NCBI GenBank assembly: GCA_963700535.1
Contig: CAVOXU010000001.1
Coordinates: 118,699 to 182,698 of the forward strand
From: Chrysiogenales bacterium
GTDB taxonomy: Bacteria; Acidobacteriota; Aminicenantia; UBA2199
DNA: 64,000 nt
Direction: 5' to 3'
Below are positions 34,855 through 44,221 of this stretch, piece after piece (the stretch's first letter is position 1; each line of letters begins with the position of its first letter). The notes below the pieces were generated by a model, which did no database searches, had not been told where the DNA came from, and worked only from the letters and a program-made list of their open reading frames with translations. Position numbers and translations under genes: made by a program.

Positions 34855-34881
34855 AGTGTTAGTGTTAGTGATAGTGTTAGT
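34855..34881. repeat. hexamer tandem repeat (AGTGTT AGTGTT AGTGAT AGTGTT AGT)
   Basis: Direct reading. Same AGTGWT-type unit as at 36311-36332 and 48659-48798. Confidence 0.7.
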
Positions 34882-35165
34882 AAAACCCTTTACCGAAATT
34901 AAGCCATTGGCACTGACCTTTCACGAAATATATAGGCTATCTAGAGGCAGAAATCTTGAAAAAGATGGGTATTCCTTGAAAATTCAATTCCTGGATCAAT
35001 CTTTTTTTCAGGTACATTTCATCAGCCGCTTTGAGTTTTAAAGGAGATTTGCAATGGAATTTTATGAAAAATGGCCGCTGAGACTCAATGGAAATGTATT
35101 TGGGACTGAATATGCGGTGATCTGCCGTAGTCAGTTTCCTTTCGCGCAGCAGTTTTTTTACCAGT

Positions 35166-36245
35166 TCATTGAATGATCGAAAGTTTGATTTTTTCGTTCA
35201 ATTTGGCCATGACGCTTTCGGCCAGGTCCAGCATTTGAAAAATATTCTTGCCGGTTTTGGCGGAAACGGCAATAAAATCGGCAAAATAAAGGGCATTGAA
35301 ACGGCTGTGGATTTGAGCGAAGAACTTGTTGCTGCCTGTGTTTTCGGACAACAGGTCGGCCTTGTTGGCGGCAATGATAACCGGTTTTGCCGCCTTGACG
35401 ATCTTTTGGGCGATCAGAAGATCGTTTTGATCGACACGCTTGGATATATCGATAATAAAAATAATAATGTCTGCTGCGCGCATTTCCTTTTCAGCACGGA
35501 TAACCGCAGCGCTTTCGGTGTCTTCCTTGACCTTCTGCAGTTTTCTGATACCGGCATTATCCACCAAAATGAATCGCTGGCGGTTGCGTATTACTTCCAG
35601 GTCAATGGAATCCCTGGTGGTGCCCGGCATGGGACTGACTATAACCAATTCATCATTCAAGATCTTGTTGATGATGGAAGATTTGCCTACATTCGGCTTG
35701 CCGATAATGCTTATCCTGGGGGCATTGTTGAGATCAGGGACAACAGGTGTCAAGTTTTGCAGGAGACGGGTGATTTGCTCGAGAAGAACTTCCACGCCAA
35801 GGTTGTGTTCGGCTGAAATAAAAACAAAATCAGTTTTCAATTCAAAATATGTCGATGGCGTGATGAATCGATCAAGATTATCGACTTTGTTCAATACCGG
35901 GATAATATGCTTATGCAGCCTTTTGATCTGCAGATACAGGTCTTTTTCATATCCCAGCAATTCTCTTTTGCCGTCAAATAAAAATATGATCAGGTCCGAT
36001 TTTTCAGCGGCCCTGAAAATTTTCTTGTTGATTTCAATGGTTATGGTCTCTTTATCCAGGAAAAAGCCGCCGCTGTCCTGCAGGGCGAACCATTGCTCAT
36101 TTATTTTGACTTTTTGGCGGAAGATGTCCCTGGTCATCCCCGGCAGGGAATGGACCAGTGCTTTCCTTTTGCCGAGGATGCGGTTAAAAAGGGTCGATTT
36201 TCCGGTATTGGGAACACCGACAATGGTTATTAGGAATCATTCATT
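35166..36245 (-). CDS. der: ribosome-biogenesis GTPase Der/EngA (start region anomalous)
   Basis: ORF 35166..36137 carries the second G-domain (GKPNVGKSS, NKAD) and a KH-like end. The first P-loop ITIVGVPNTGKSTLFNR is in the same frame upstream of the listed Met, back to a TGA at ~36240. The nearest ATG (36245, MNDS) is in another frame. Confidence 0.85.
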
Positions 36246-36273
36246 TGAATCATTGCCGGGCGATTAACCGCCC

Positions 36274-36822
36274 TTATTGTTCTTTTTCGCCATTTTTCTT
36301 ACATTTCCTTCTGACACTGACACTATCACTGTCTTGACCCTTCAAGCGGATCATGGCCATGCTGAAACATTCGAGCGCCTCTCCCCTACCTACGGCATCG
36401 AGCTTTTCTTTGCTCTTGGCCTTTAAATTGAAATCAGATTGGGGAATCCCCAACAAATCGGTGATGTTTTTCACTATTTCTCTTTTGAAGGGGCTGATCC
36501 TTGGTTCTTCAATGACCAGTACGCAATCAAGGTTGAGTATTTCGAAATTGTTGGCAGCCAGCAATTGCCTGACTTTGTTCAGTAAAACTGAACCGGCAAT
36601 GCCTTTAAAGGCCGGATCGTTGTCCGGAAACAATTCCCCGATATCGGGCTGGCCTCCCATGGCCCCCAGCAAAGCGTCGATCAGGGAATGGATCAGCACG
36701 TCTCCATCGGAATGGGCTTGCGCTGCAAGGGAATCGCTGACCCTCACTCCGCCAATCATTAATCCGGTTCCAGGGACCAGCCTGTGAATATCGTAACCGA
36801 TCCCTGAGCGGATTTTTATCAT
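36274..36822 (-). CDS. ispF: 2-C-methyl-D-erythritol 2,4-cyclodiphosphate synthase with ~22-aa C-terminal extension
   Basis: GIGYDIHRL and HSDGDVLIH motifs. The tail ...KGQDSDSVSVRRKCKKNGEKEQ is encoded by a hexamer repeat. Confidence 0.88.
   Translation of the reverse strand: MIKIRSGIGYDIHRLVPGTGLMIGGVRVSDSLAAQAHSDGDVLIHSLIDALLGAMGGQPDIGELFPDNDPAFKGIAGSVLLNKVRQLLAANNFEILNLDCVLVIEEPRISPFKREIVKNITDLLGIPQSDFNLKAKSKEKLDAVGRGEALECFSMAMIRLKGQDSDSVSVRRKCKKNGEKEQ
36311..36332. repeat. hexamer repeat (minus strand AGTGAT AGTGTC AGTGTC AG) inside the ispF 3' end
   Basis: Direct reading. The plus strand reads CTGACACTGACACTATCACTGT. Confidence 0.65.
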
Positions 36823-37802
36823 GAGGTTTTTCTGCCAAAAATTATCTTGCCTGATGTCGATTGCAGAACCGATGTCACTTCTATTTCCAATTCGTGGCCG
36901 ATATCAGTTTTGGCATCATCGACCACGACCATGGTTCCGTCCTCCAGGTAGGCCAATCCCTGCTTTTTCTCTTTTCCTTCCTTGCTGATCTTGATCTGCA
37001 ATTTCTCCCCGGGATAAACAATGGGCTTGAGGGCGAAGGCCAACTCGTTGACGTTCAGAACCCTGACATCCTGCAGTTTGGCGATTTTGCTTAGATTGAT
37101 ATCGTTGGTAATGACCTTGAAATTGTGCTCCTTGGCCAATAAAACAAGCTTTTGGTCGACTTCTTTTATGCCGGGAACATTTTTATTCAAAATCGTTACC
37201 GATATTTCCTTATTCTGCTGCAGCTGTTCGATGACATCCAAACCCCTTTTGCCGCGGATCTTTTTGTTGGGATCGCTGGAATCGGCAATGAATTGCAGCT
37301 CGGCCAGAACAAACTGGGTGATGATCAACTCGCCTTCGACGAAGCCCGATAGGGCAATGGAAACAATCCTGCCGTCAATGATGGCGCTGGTATCGAGAAG
37401 ATAAGATTGGGTAAAAGCGCTGCTGCCCCGAAAAAATTCCTTGATATTCAATGGCGAGAACATGTTGGGTTTGCTGATGCCAATGAAGAGACCGGTCACC
37501 GGAATACCGAACAGAAAAAGAGCTTTGAAAAATACATAGGCCGAAAACGACATGGCGATCAAGTTGAACAGCTGGAACATGATCCAGCCGATCGCCACGC
37601 CTCCAAGCAAGCCAAGAGATGCGCTCCAAAGGTGCTTCAATTCGGATTTTTTTATTTTAAAAACCAGCAGCGAGAGTGAAAGTGCGAAAGCGGCGCCGAG
37701 CATGGCGCCAAGCTCCTTGGAAGTGCCCTGAAATGGCGGGTACGTATATCCGATCAAACCGAAAATAACAACAAAAATCATTTTATAAAAATAAATCATC
37801 AT
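36819..37802 (-). CDS. PIN/TRAM-domain membrane protein (YacL-like)
   Basis: Four N-terminal TM helices, then a PIN domain (LLDTSAIIDGR) and a TRAM-like C-terminus. The conserved neighbourhood radA-yacL-ispF is present. Confidence 0.8.
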   Translation of the reverse strand: MMIYFYKMIFVVIFGLIGYTYPPFQGTSKELGAMLGAAFALSLSLLVFKIKKSELKHLWSASLGLLGGVAIGWIMFQLFNLIAMSFSAYVFFKALFLFGIPVTGLFIGISKPNMFSPLNIKEFFRGSSAFTQSYLLDTSAIIDGRIVSIALSGFVEGELIITQFVLAELQFIADSSDPNKKIRGKRGLDVIEQLQQNKEISVTILNKNVPGIKEVDQKLVLLAKEHNFKVITNDINLSKIAKLQDVRVLNVNELAFALKPIVYPGEKLQIKISKEGKEKKQGLAYLEDGTMVVVDDAKTDIGHELEIEVTSVLQSTSGKIIFGRKTS

Positions 37803-37849
37803 CCGTTCATCTCCTTTAAAAAAAATTAATATAGTTTAATGAATAATTA

Positions 37850-37878
37850 ATTATAAACTATTTTGGGGATAATTTCAA
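37850..37878 (-). promoter_or_regulatory. sigma70-like promoter candidate for yacL-ispF-der (TTGAAA-17-TATAAT)
   Basis: On the minus strand the -35 is at 37878-37873 and the -10 at 37855-37850. AAAGGAG SD follows before the ATG at 37802. Confidence 0.5.
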
Positions 37879-37902
37879 TTGCTGCGGCCAAGATCGCGAC
37901 GG

Positions 37903-39255
37903 CTATTTTTTAATGAAATCAAGCAAATCGCGGATATTTTCTATGGAAACAACCGATATGTCATGATAATTAGGTGACTGGCTTTGTCCGGCCGGCAGAC
38001 ACATGGTTGAAAAACCCTGTCTTATAGCCTCTTTCAGCCTGGTCTCCAGGAAGCTGATCGGCCTGATCTCGCCGGTCAGCCCGACCTCCCCCATGATGAT
38101 CGAATTTGGGCGGGGATTGATATTTTTATAACTGGATATCAGGGCTGAACATACGGCCAGGTCGGCGGCCGGTTCACGAATGACCATGCCTCCGGTTATG
38201 TTCAGGAAGACATCGGATTTATAAAAAGGCAATTTCAGTTTTTTCTCAATGATCGATATGAGCATGGACAATCGATAATTGTCAAAACCGATGGCAATGC
38301 GCCGCGGATTGCCGGCAAACGGGCTTTCGCTGACCAGGGCCTGTATCTCGGTAAGGAGCGGGCGCAAGCCGTTCATGGCCGGGAAAATAGCGGTCCCTGG
38401 AGCCGGCGCCTGGCGGTTCTGAATCAGTATTTGCGCAGGGTCGCTCACCGAGGCAAGGCCTTTTTCGCTCATTTGAAAAATGCCTATCTCGTTCATCGGA
38501 CCGAAGCGGTTCTTTTCGGCGCGCAGGAGCCTGATGTCGGTCTGCATTTCGCCCTGAAAATAAAGGACGGCATCCACCATGTGTTCAAGCGTTTTGGGTC
38601 CGGCCAGCTGCCCCTCTTTGGTGATATGGCCGATAATGAATACGGTGATGCCGCTTTTTTTGGTCAATTCGATGATCTCCGCGGTCACGTAGCGCAGCGA
38701 TGAAACCGAGCCGCTTATGGACGCGGTTTTTTTGGAGGTGATGGTCTGGATGGAGTCGATGATCAGGAAATCGGGCTTGAGTTCCCTGACGTGGCTTTTC
38801 AGGTCCTCCAGGGTTCCGATGGTGAACAGGAAAATGTTGTCGGAACGGATGGCCAGTCTTTCGGCCCTGAGCTTGATCTGCAGTGCCGATTCCTCGCCGG
38901 AATAGTAGAGCACTTTTTTGCCTTGCGCGGACAGCAGCGCCGATACTTCCAGGAGCAGGGTTGATTTGCCCACTCCGGGTTCGCCGCCGATCAGGATCAC
39001 CGAATGGCTGACGATGCCGCCGCCCAGCACGCGGTCGAATTCGTCCATGCCGGTTACCAGCCGCCCGATCTGGCGCGGATCGATATCGCTGATCTTTTGC
39101 GGCAAATTCAGCGGAGTTGATTCGCCGGCAGCGGCCGCATCCCCGCTTTCGCTTTCAACCATGGTGTTCCAGGCCTGGCATTGCGGACAGCGTCCATAGT
39201 ATTTTGGGCTCTGGAATCCGCACTCGATGCATTCGAACTGGCCGGTACTCTTCAT
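37903..39255 (-). CDS. radA: DNA repair protein RadA/Sms
   Basis: N-terminal CxxC...CxxC zinc ribbon, Walker A GEPGVGKST, KNRFG motif and a Lon-protease-like C-domain. Confidence 0.92.
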   Translation of the reverse strand: MKSTGQFECIECGFQSPKYYGRCPQCQAWNTMVESESGDAAAAGESTPLNLPQKISDIDPRQIGRLVTGMDEFDRVLGGGIVSHSVILIGGEPGVGKSTLLLEVSALLSAQGKKVLYYSGEESALQIKLRAERLAIRSDNIFLFTIGTLEDLKSHVRELKPDFLIIDSIQTITSKKTASISGSVSSLRYVTAEIIELTKKSGITVFIIGHITKEGQLAGPKTLEHMVDAVLYFQGEMQTDIRLLRAEKNRFGPMNEIGIFQMSEKGLASVSDPAQILIQNRQAPAPGTAIFPAMNGLRPLLTEIQALVSESPFAGNPRRIAIGFDNYRLSMLISIIEKKLKLPFYKSDVFLNITGGMVIREPAADLAVCSALISSYKNINPRPNSIIMGEVGLTGEIRPISFLETRLKEAIRQGFSTMCLPAGQSQSPNYHDISVVSIENIRDLLDFIKK

Positions 39256-39259
39256 ATTA

Positions 39260-40587
39260 TTAGTTGCCGAAACTGATCCCTATCATGAATTCACGGTTCT
39301 GCGGCTGCAGCAGATCGTAATAACCGGCCTGGACATGGATGTTTTTCGACAGTGAAAAACGCAGCATGGATTTCAAAAGCGGATTCTTTTCACGGTTGAA
39401 CCGGTATGCATACATATCGAGGCTCAGCCTGTTGTCCAGAATGCTCAGGCTCAAGGCCGCGCCCAGATCCGATTCGATCAGCCCGGCGCTTACTGAAAAA
39501 GCCGAGATTTTTTTACCGCCCAGGGCGGTGAAGCGCGGATCGCCACTGACGGGATCCTCGTTCACTCCGGTCATGATCAGAAAGCTCGGCGCGGAGATGT
39601 CCATTGCCAGTGCCGAGCGGGCTTTATTCAGTCTGGTAAAATAGTCGAAATGAACGGCATAATTGAAGGTGATGGCATCCAGGTTTTTTTTCTTTTTTTC
39701 CAGGTCCTTCAGCATGGACTGGACCGTGCCGACCGAATCGTCGATCTTTTTATACAAGGCTTCGTCCTGGAGCAGTTTCCCGGCCGTGCCCTTGCCCTGG
39801 CGCAGATCGTCGCTGATCTGCGGACAGGTCGACGGCTGATCTTTTCGATCTTAGCGGCCGGTCCTTGAAATTCCTTGAGCAGGCCCTGCTGGCCGTCGGC
39901 GAAAGCCGAATCCATTTCCTCGATCAAAGTGATCGGCACCATGGTCCACGGTCTCTTGACATTTTCAGCGAGATCTGCGAGAGTTCTCCAGGACGCGGCC
40001 GACCTGGCCGTTTTCAGCGAGCATGGAATTCAGCGACTCGGTGATCGATCTTGAAATTGATGAAAGACGCCCGCAGGGACTCCTTGGAATACTTGTCGGA
40101 AATGATTTCATTGATGGAATCGGTGATCTGGATGGTGCGTTCGTAAATATTGTCGAATTTGGCCTTCAGTTCGTCAAGATTGAAAGGTTCGATCACCAGT
40201 ATTTCGCCCCCGGGCTCGATTTCCCTGGTGACGGGGATTGTTGAATTCATCCTTGTAAACGATCTCGATGTATTTTTCACCTACAAAGCCGATGGTTGAA
40301 ATGCTGGCCCGGGCGTCATCCAGGATACGGTAGCGCTTGTTGATCATCATGCGCACCACGGCCTTGCGCCCTTCGAGGGTTATTTTACCCACGAGGCCGA
40401 TCTTCACCCCGGCCAGGCGCACCGGCGCGGTCGTATACATGCCGGCAACCGATGCGAATTTGCCGTAAATCGGATAGCGTTTGCCCTTGGAAAAGAATTC
40501 GCTGCAGGATTCGGTTTTGATGATGAAATAGGAAAAAACGATGAAAACGGCAATCAGAAAAACACCCAGTTTAATTTCTTTCTTCAT
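39260..40587 (-). pseudogene. mlaD: MCE/MlaD-family protein (~440 aa) with long C-terminal extension, at least four frame breaks between ~39760 and ~40260
   Basis: TM plus MCE domain is in ORF 40174..40587. It continues through ORF 40014..40280, an unlisted frame (SITESLNSMLAENGQVGRVLENS), ORF 39709..39942 and ORF 39260..39757 (GKGTAGKLLQDEALYKKIDDSV...). Confidence 0.75.
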
Positions 40588-40591
40588 ATTT

Positions 40592-41339
40592 TCACCTTAT
40601 CTTGATAGGTCCTTCGGCCCTGCCTTCGATGAATTGCCGTACCACGGCGTTTTTGGTGTTGCGGATCTCCTCGGGACTGCCGGTTTCAATGATCTCTCCT
40701 TCGAAAAGAACCGCAATTTTGTCGGAGATCTTGTAAGCGCTGACCATATCGTGGGTAATGACGATGGACGTGATCTCCGGGTCGGCGCTGACCTTGATGA
40801 TCAGCTCGTTGATCATGTCGGCCATGATCGGGTCCAGGCCGGTGGTGGGCTCGTCGAACATGATGATGGCCGGCTCCTTGGCAATGACCCGGGCGATGGC
40901 CACCCTTTTTTTCATGCCGCCGCTGAGTTCCGCAGGCAGCAACCGGGCTATATCGGAGAGCCCGACCTGGTTCAGGCTGCGCTCGATTATCAAATCGATG
41001 GCCGCGGCATCCATATCCTTGCGATTCTTTAATGCCGAAGGCCACGTTCTCGCCCACGCTCAAGGAATCGAAAAGGGCTCCGCTTTGAAAGACCATGCCG
41101 AACTTGTCCACCATGCGGTAGAGGTCGCTTTCCTTCATTTTGGTGATGTCCTCGCCTTCGACCAGAATGGATCCGGAATCGGGCTTCATCAGGCCGATGA
41201 TATGCTTGAAAAGGACGCTCTTGCCGCTGCCGCTGCCGCCGATAATGGTCGTTGTCTGACCGGGTTCGATGACCAGGTTCACTCCCTGCAGGACCTTTTT
41301 ATCGGCGAACGATTTATGAAGATCGCGGATTTCGATCAT
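40592..41339 (-). pseudogene. mlaF: ABC transporter ATP-binding protein MlaF-like, frame break near 41015-41035
   Basis: ATG at 41339 (MIEIRDLHKSF). Walker A GGSGSGKS is in ORF 40686..41537. LSGGMKKR and IIMFDEPT are in ORF 40592..41014. Confidence 0.85.
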
Positions 41340-42112
41340 CGCAGGCTGAAGGGCAGGATCTTGGTCCAGAAGAAGTCGGAAACCAGGATGATCACCGAGG
41401 ACACAACAACGGCGGTGGTGGTGGCCTGCCCCACCCCCTTGGCCCCGCCTTCGGTTTTCAAACCGAAATAGCTGCCGATAACGGCGATGGTCAACCCGAA
41501 AAAAACGGACTTGATCAATCCCGACAGCACATCCCATATCTCCAGGGAGACAAAGAGCTGGGAATCGAACAAATTGGGATTCTGGTGGACCACCAGCGCG
41601 GCCACCAGCCTGCCGCCCATGATGCCGACAAAATCGCCGAAAAGGGTGAGCAGGGGGGTCATGATGACCAGGGCGACCAGGCGCGGGCTGACCAGGTATT
41701 TAACCGGGTTGACTCCGAAAGTGAACAGGGCGTCGACCTGCTCGGTGACAACCATGGTGCCGATCTCGGCGCTGTAGGAAGCGCTGACCCTGCCGGCCAG
41801 CATCAGACCGGTCAGCACCGGGATCAGCTCTTTGGTCAGGCTGACCCCGACCAGGGAACCGGTGAATACCTCAGCGCCGAAACGCTGCAGGCCGTAATAG
41901 CTCTGCAGGGCCAGAACGCCGCCCGTAAACACGGCCATCAAAAAAATGACCGGTATGGACTTGATCCCGTCCAGGTAGAGGTGGTTCTCGATCATGCGGA
42001 AGTTGAACGGTCGTTTGAAGATCAAAGCGATCGCCTTGACCGTCAAAATGAAGATTTCGCCGCTTTTGCGGGCAAAGCTGGAGAGCGGCTGCCCGATCCT
42101 GTTCACCCGCAC
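41336..42112 (-). CDS. mlaE: ABC transporter permease MlaE family
   Basis: 258-aa multi-pass membrane ORF with a GTG start overlapping the dnaB stop. 4-nt overlap with mlaF. Confidence 0.85.
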   Translation of the reverse strand: MRVNRIGQPLSSFARKSGEIFILTVKAIALIFKRPFNFRMIENHLYLDGIKSIPVIFLMAVFTGGVLALQSYYGLQRFGAEVFTGSLVGVSLTKELIPVLTGLMLAGRVSASYSAEIGTMVVTEQVDALFTFGVNPVKYLVSPRLVALVIMTPLLTLFGDFVGIMGGRLVAALVVHQNPNLFDSQLFVSLEIWDVLSGLIKSVFFGLTIAVIGSYFGLKTEGGAKGVGQATTTAVVVSSVIILVSDFFWTKILPFSLR

Positions 42113-43479
42113 TATTCCCTCTCGTGGAATTCCATATTGGCAAACTTGGTGAATTTGTCGAGGAAAGCCAGGACGATCTTTCCGGTCGGGCCGTTCCTCT
42201 GCTTGGCAACGATCAGGTCGGCTTCGCCCTTGCGTTCCGAGTCCTTGTCGAACTGGTCGTCACGGTGAATGAAGATCACCACGTCGGCGTCCTGCTCGAT
42301 GGAACCGCTCTCCTTGAGGTCGGAAAGCTGATATTTCGGGCCTTTCTCCCTTTTGCCGCCCCTGGTTTCCGGTGAACGGTTCAGCTGGGCCATGGCCACG
42401 ACCGGGATCTGCAGTTCCTTGGCCAATTCCTTGAGGGCGGCCGTGATGACGGCCACTTCCTGGGCCCGGGTATCGCTGCGGCGCAGGTTCTCGGCCGTCA
42501 CCTTGATCAATTGCAGATAGTCGACAAAAATGATGTCCAGGTTCTTTTCCGCTTTCAGTTTCCTGGCCCTGGCCTTCATCTCCACTATGGAAAGGGAGGC
42601 CGAGTCGTCGATGTACAATTTGGCTTTCTGCAGTTCGGAAGCTGCCAGCTCAAGGTCATGCCATTCCTTGTTGGTCAGGTGGGGTTTGGCGGTGCGGATC
42701 GAGCTCATGCTGACCTTGGCATGGATGGCCATCATGCGCATCAGCACCTGTATCTTCGACATTTCTATGGAATAGAAAGCCACGGCTTTTTCTTCCTTGA
42801 TGGCCATGTTCACGGCGATATTCAGCGCCAACGCCGTCTTGCCCATGGAAGGGCGGGCGGCAAAAACTATCAGGTCGCCGTTCTGAAAACCGGAAGTGAT
42901 GTCGTCCAGATCGTAATAACCCGTCTTCAGTCCCTGGCTCTCCCCTCCCTTCTGGATCTTCTCGATCAGATCCATGGCTTCGGGGATCATTTCGGCGGTG
43001 GAAACAAACCCTTTTTTTATGCGGTCCTCGGAGATCTTGATGATGTCTTCCTGCATTTCGTTGAGCAGGCTGATGGTGTCGGCAGCCGGTTCCCCGCCTT
43101 TCTGAATGATGTTCCGCGAGGTCAAAATGATCTTGCGCAGCGTCGAGCGATCCTTGACGATCTTGATGTATTCCTTGATATCGAGGTTTTCCGGGATATC
43201 GTCGACCAGGGAGGTGACGAAGGCATGGCCGCCGACAAACTGCAGTTTTTTCTTTTTTTCCAGAAAACTGGAAATAGTGATGATGTCGGCGGCGGAATCG
43301 CTGTTGACCAGTTGCAGGACGGCCTGGGCGATCAGGATATGGGCCTCGCGAAAAAAATCATCGCTGCTGATCTCGGCAAAGACCTGATTGACGTAGCGAT
43401 TGTCGATCAGCATCGCTCCCAGCAGAGCTTTCTCGGCTATTTCGTCGTGGGGCAGGGCCAGGTTTAATTCAAGCGCCAT
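42112..43479 (-). CDS. dnaB: replicative DNA helicase DnaB
   Basis: 455 aa. N-terminal DnaB domain (PHDEIAEKALLGAML) and Walker A ARPSMGKTA. Confidence 0.93.
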   Translation of the reverse strand: MALELNLALPHDEIAEKALLGAMLIDNRYVNQVFAEISSDDFFREAHILIAQAVLQLVNSDSAADIITISSFLEKKKKLQFVGGHAFVTSLVDDIPENLDIKEYIKIVKDRSTLRKIILTSRNIIQKGGEPAADTISLLNEMQEDIIKISEDRIKKGFVSTAEMIPEAMDLIEKIQKGGESQGLKTGYYDLDDITSGFQNGDLIVFAARPSMGKTALALNIAVNMAIKEEKAVAFYSIEMSKIQVLMRMMAIHAKVSMSSIRTAKPHLTNKEWHDLELAASELQKAKLYIDDSASLSIVEMKARARKLKAEKNLDIIFVDYLQLIKVTAENLRRSDTRAQEVAVITAALKELAKELQIPVVAMAQLNRSPETRGGKREKGPKYQLSDLKESGSIEQDADVVIFIHRDDQFDKDSERKGEADLIVAKQRNGPTGKIVLAFLDKFTKFANMEFHERE

Positions 43480-43487
43480 GGGTCCGG

Positions 43488-43949
43488 TTAATCCGGAGTT
43501 TCTTCGCCGTCCTTCAAAACTTCAATCTTGATTTCTGCATCCACATCCTTGAATAATTTGATCTTGCCGGCGAAAACCCCCAGCTTTTTGATGGGCTCTT
43601 CGAGATGGATTTTCTTTCTTTCCACGCTGATGCCGATGGCGGCGAGTTCTTTTTCGATCTCGGCCGTGGTGACCGAACCGAACAAGACATCGTTCTCTCC
43701 GGCTTTCTTTTTAATGGAGATGGACACCCCGTCCAGCTTTTGTTTCTGCTCGACGGCGGAGAGCTTTTCCAATTCCAGCTTTTTCTGGTGTTTCTTCTTC
43801 TTGCCTTCCATGAGCGCAACGTTGTGGGCGGTGATTTCCATGGCCAGCTTCCTGGGCATGAGGAAATTGCGGGCAAAGCCCTTTTTCACTTCGATGATGT
43901 CTCCCAGGCTGCCGACTTTTTCGACATCCGAGGTCAATATGACTTTCAT
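43488..43949 (-). CDS. rplI: 50S ribosomal protein L9
   Basis: [33 protein letters not shown]-terminus. Confidence 0.92.
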   Translation of the reverse strand: MKVILTSDVEKVGSLGDIIEVKKGFARNFLMPRKLAMEITAHNVALMEGKKKKHQKKLELEKLSAVEQKQKLDGVSISIKKKAGENDVLFGSVTTAEIEKELAAIGISVERKKIHLEEPIKKLGVFAGKIKLFKDVDAEIKIEVLKDGEETPD

Positions 43950-44221
43950 GTGATCCTCTTTTTTTCTTCGGTGAATCTGAGCAAAGCCATCTGCCTGGCT
44001 CTCTTGATGGCCTTGGACAATTGCTTCTGGTGATAGGCGCAGGTGCCGCTGACCCGGGCCGGAAAAATACGCCCGGTCTCGGAAATGAAATTCTCCAGAT
44101 TTTTGTGATTCTTGTAATCGATCAGCGTGATCTTGTCCTTGCAGAATGCGCAGTATTTCTTGCGCGCCGAATAATATTTTTTGGGGGGTTTGCCGTCACC
44201 GCTACTACTTCTCATCTGCAT
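43946..44221 (-). CDS. rpsR: 30S ribosomal protein S18
   Basis: [18 protein letters not shown]...[17 protein letters not shown]. Confidence 0.9.
   Translation of the reverse strand: MQMRSSSGDGKPPKKYYSARKKYCAFCKDKITLIDYKNHKNLENFISETGRIFPARVSGTCAYHQKQLSKAIKRARQMALLRFTEEKKRIT

Noticed and set aside
34855-34881. The hexamer repeats and the 15-nt direct repeats (48659-48793) as a CRISPR-like array.
   Set aside because: The units are 6-15 nt, not 24-48 nt. There are no regularly sized unique spacers and no cas genes in the window.
33000-35165. The parAB flanks as a replication origin (AT-rich, near dnaB and ribosomal genes).
   Set aside because: I could not find clustered DnaA boxes (TTATCCACA/TGTGGATAA). 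Only loose partial matches occur, such as GGATAAGA at about 33116. dnaA and dnaN are not in the window.
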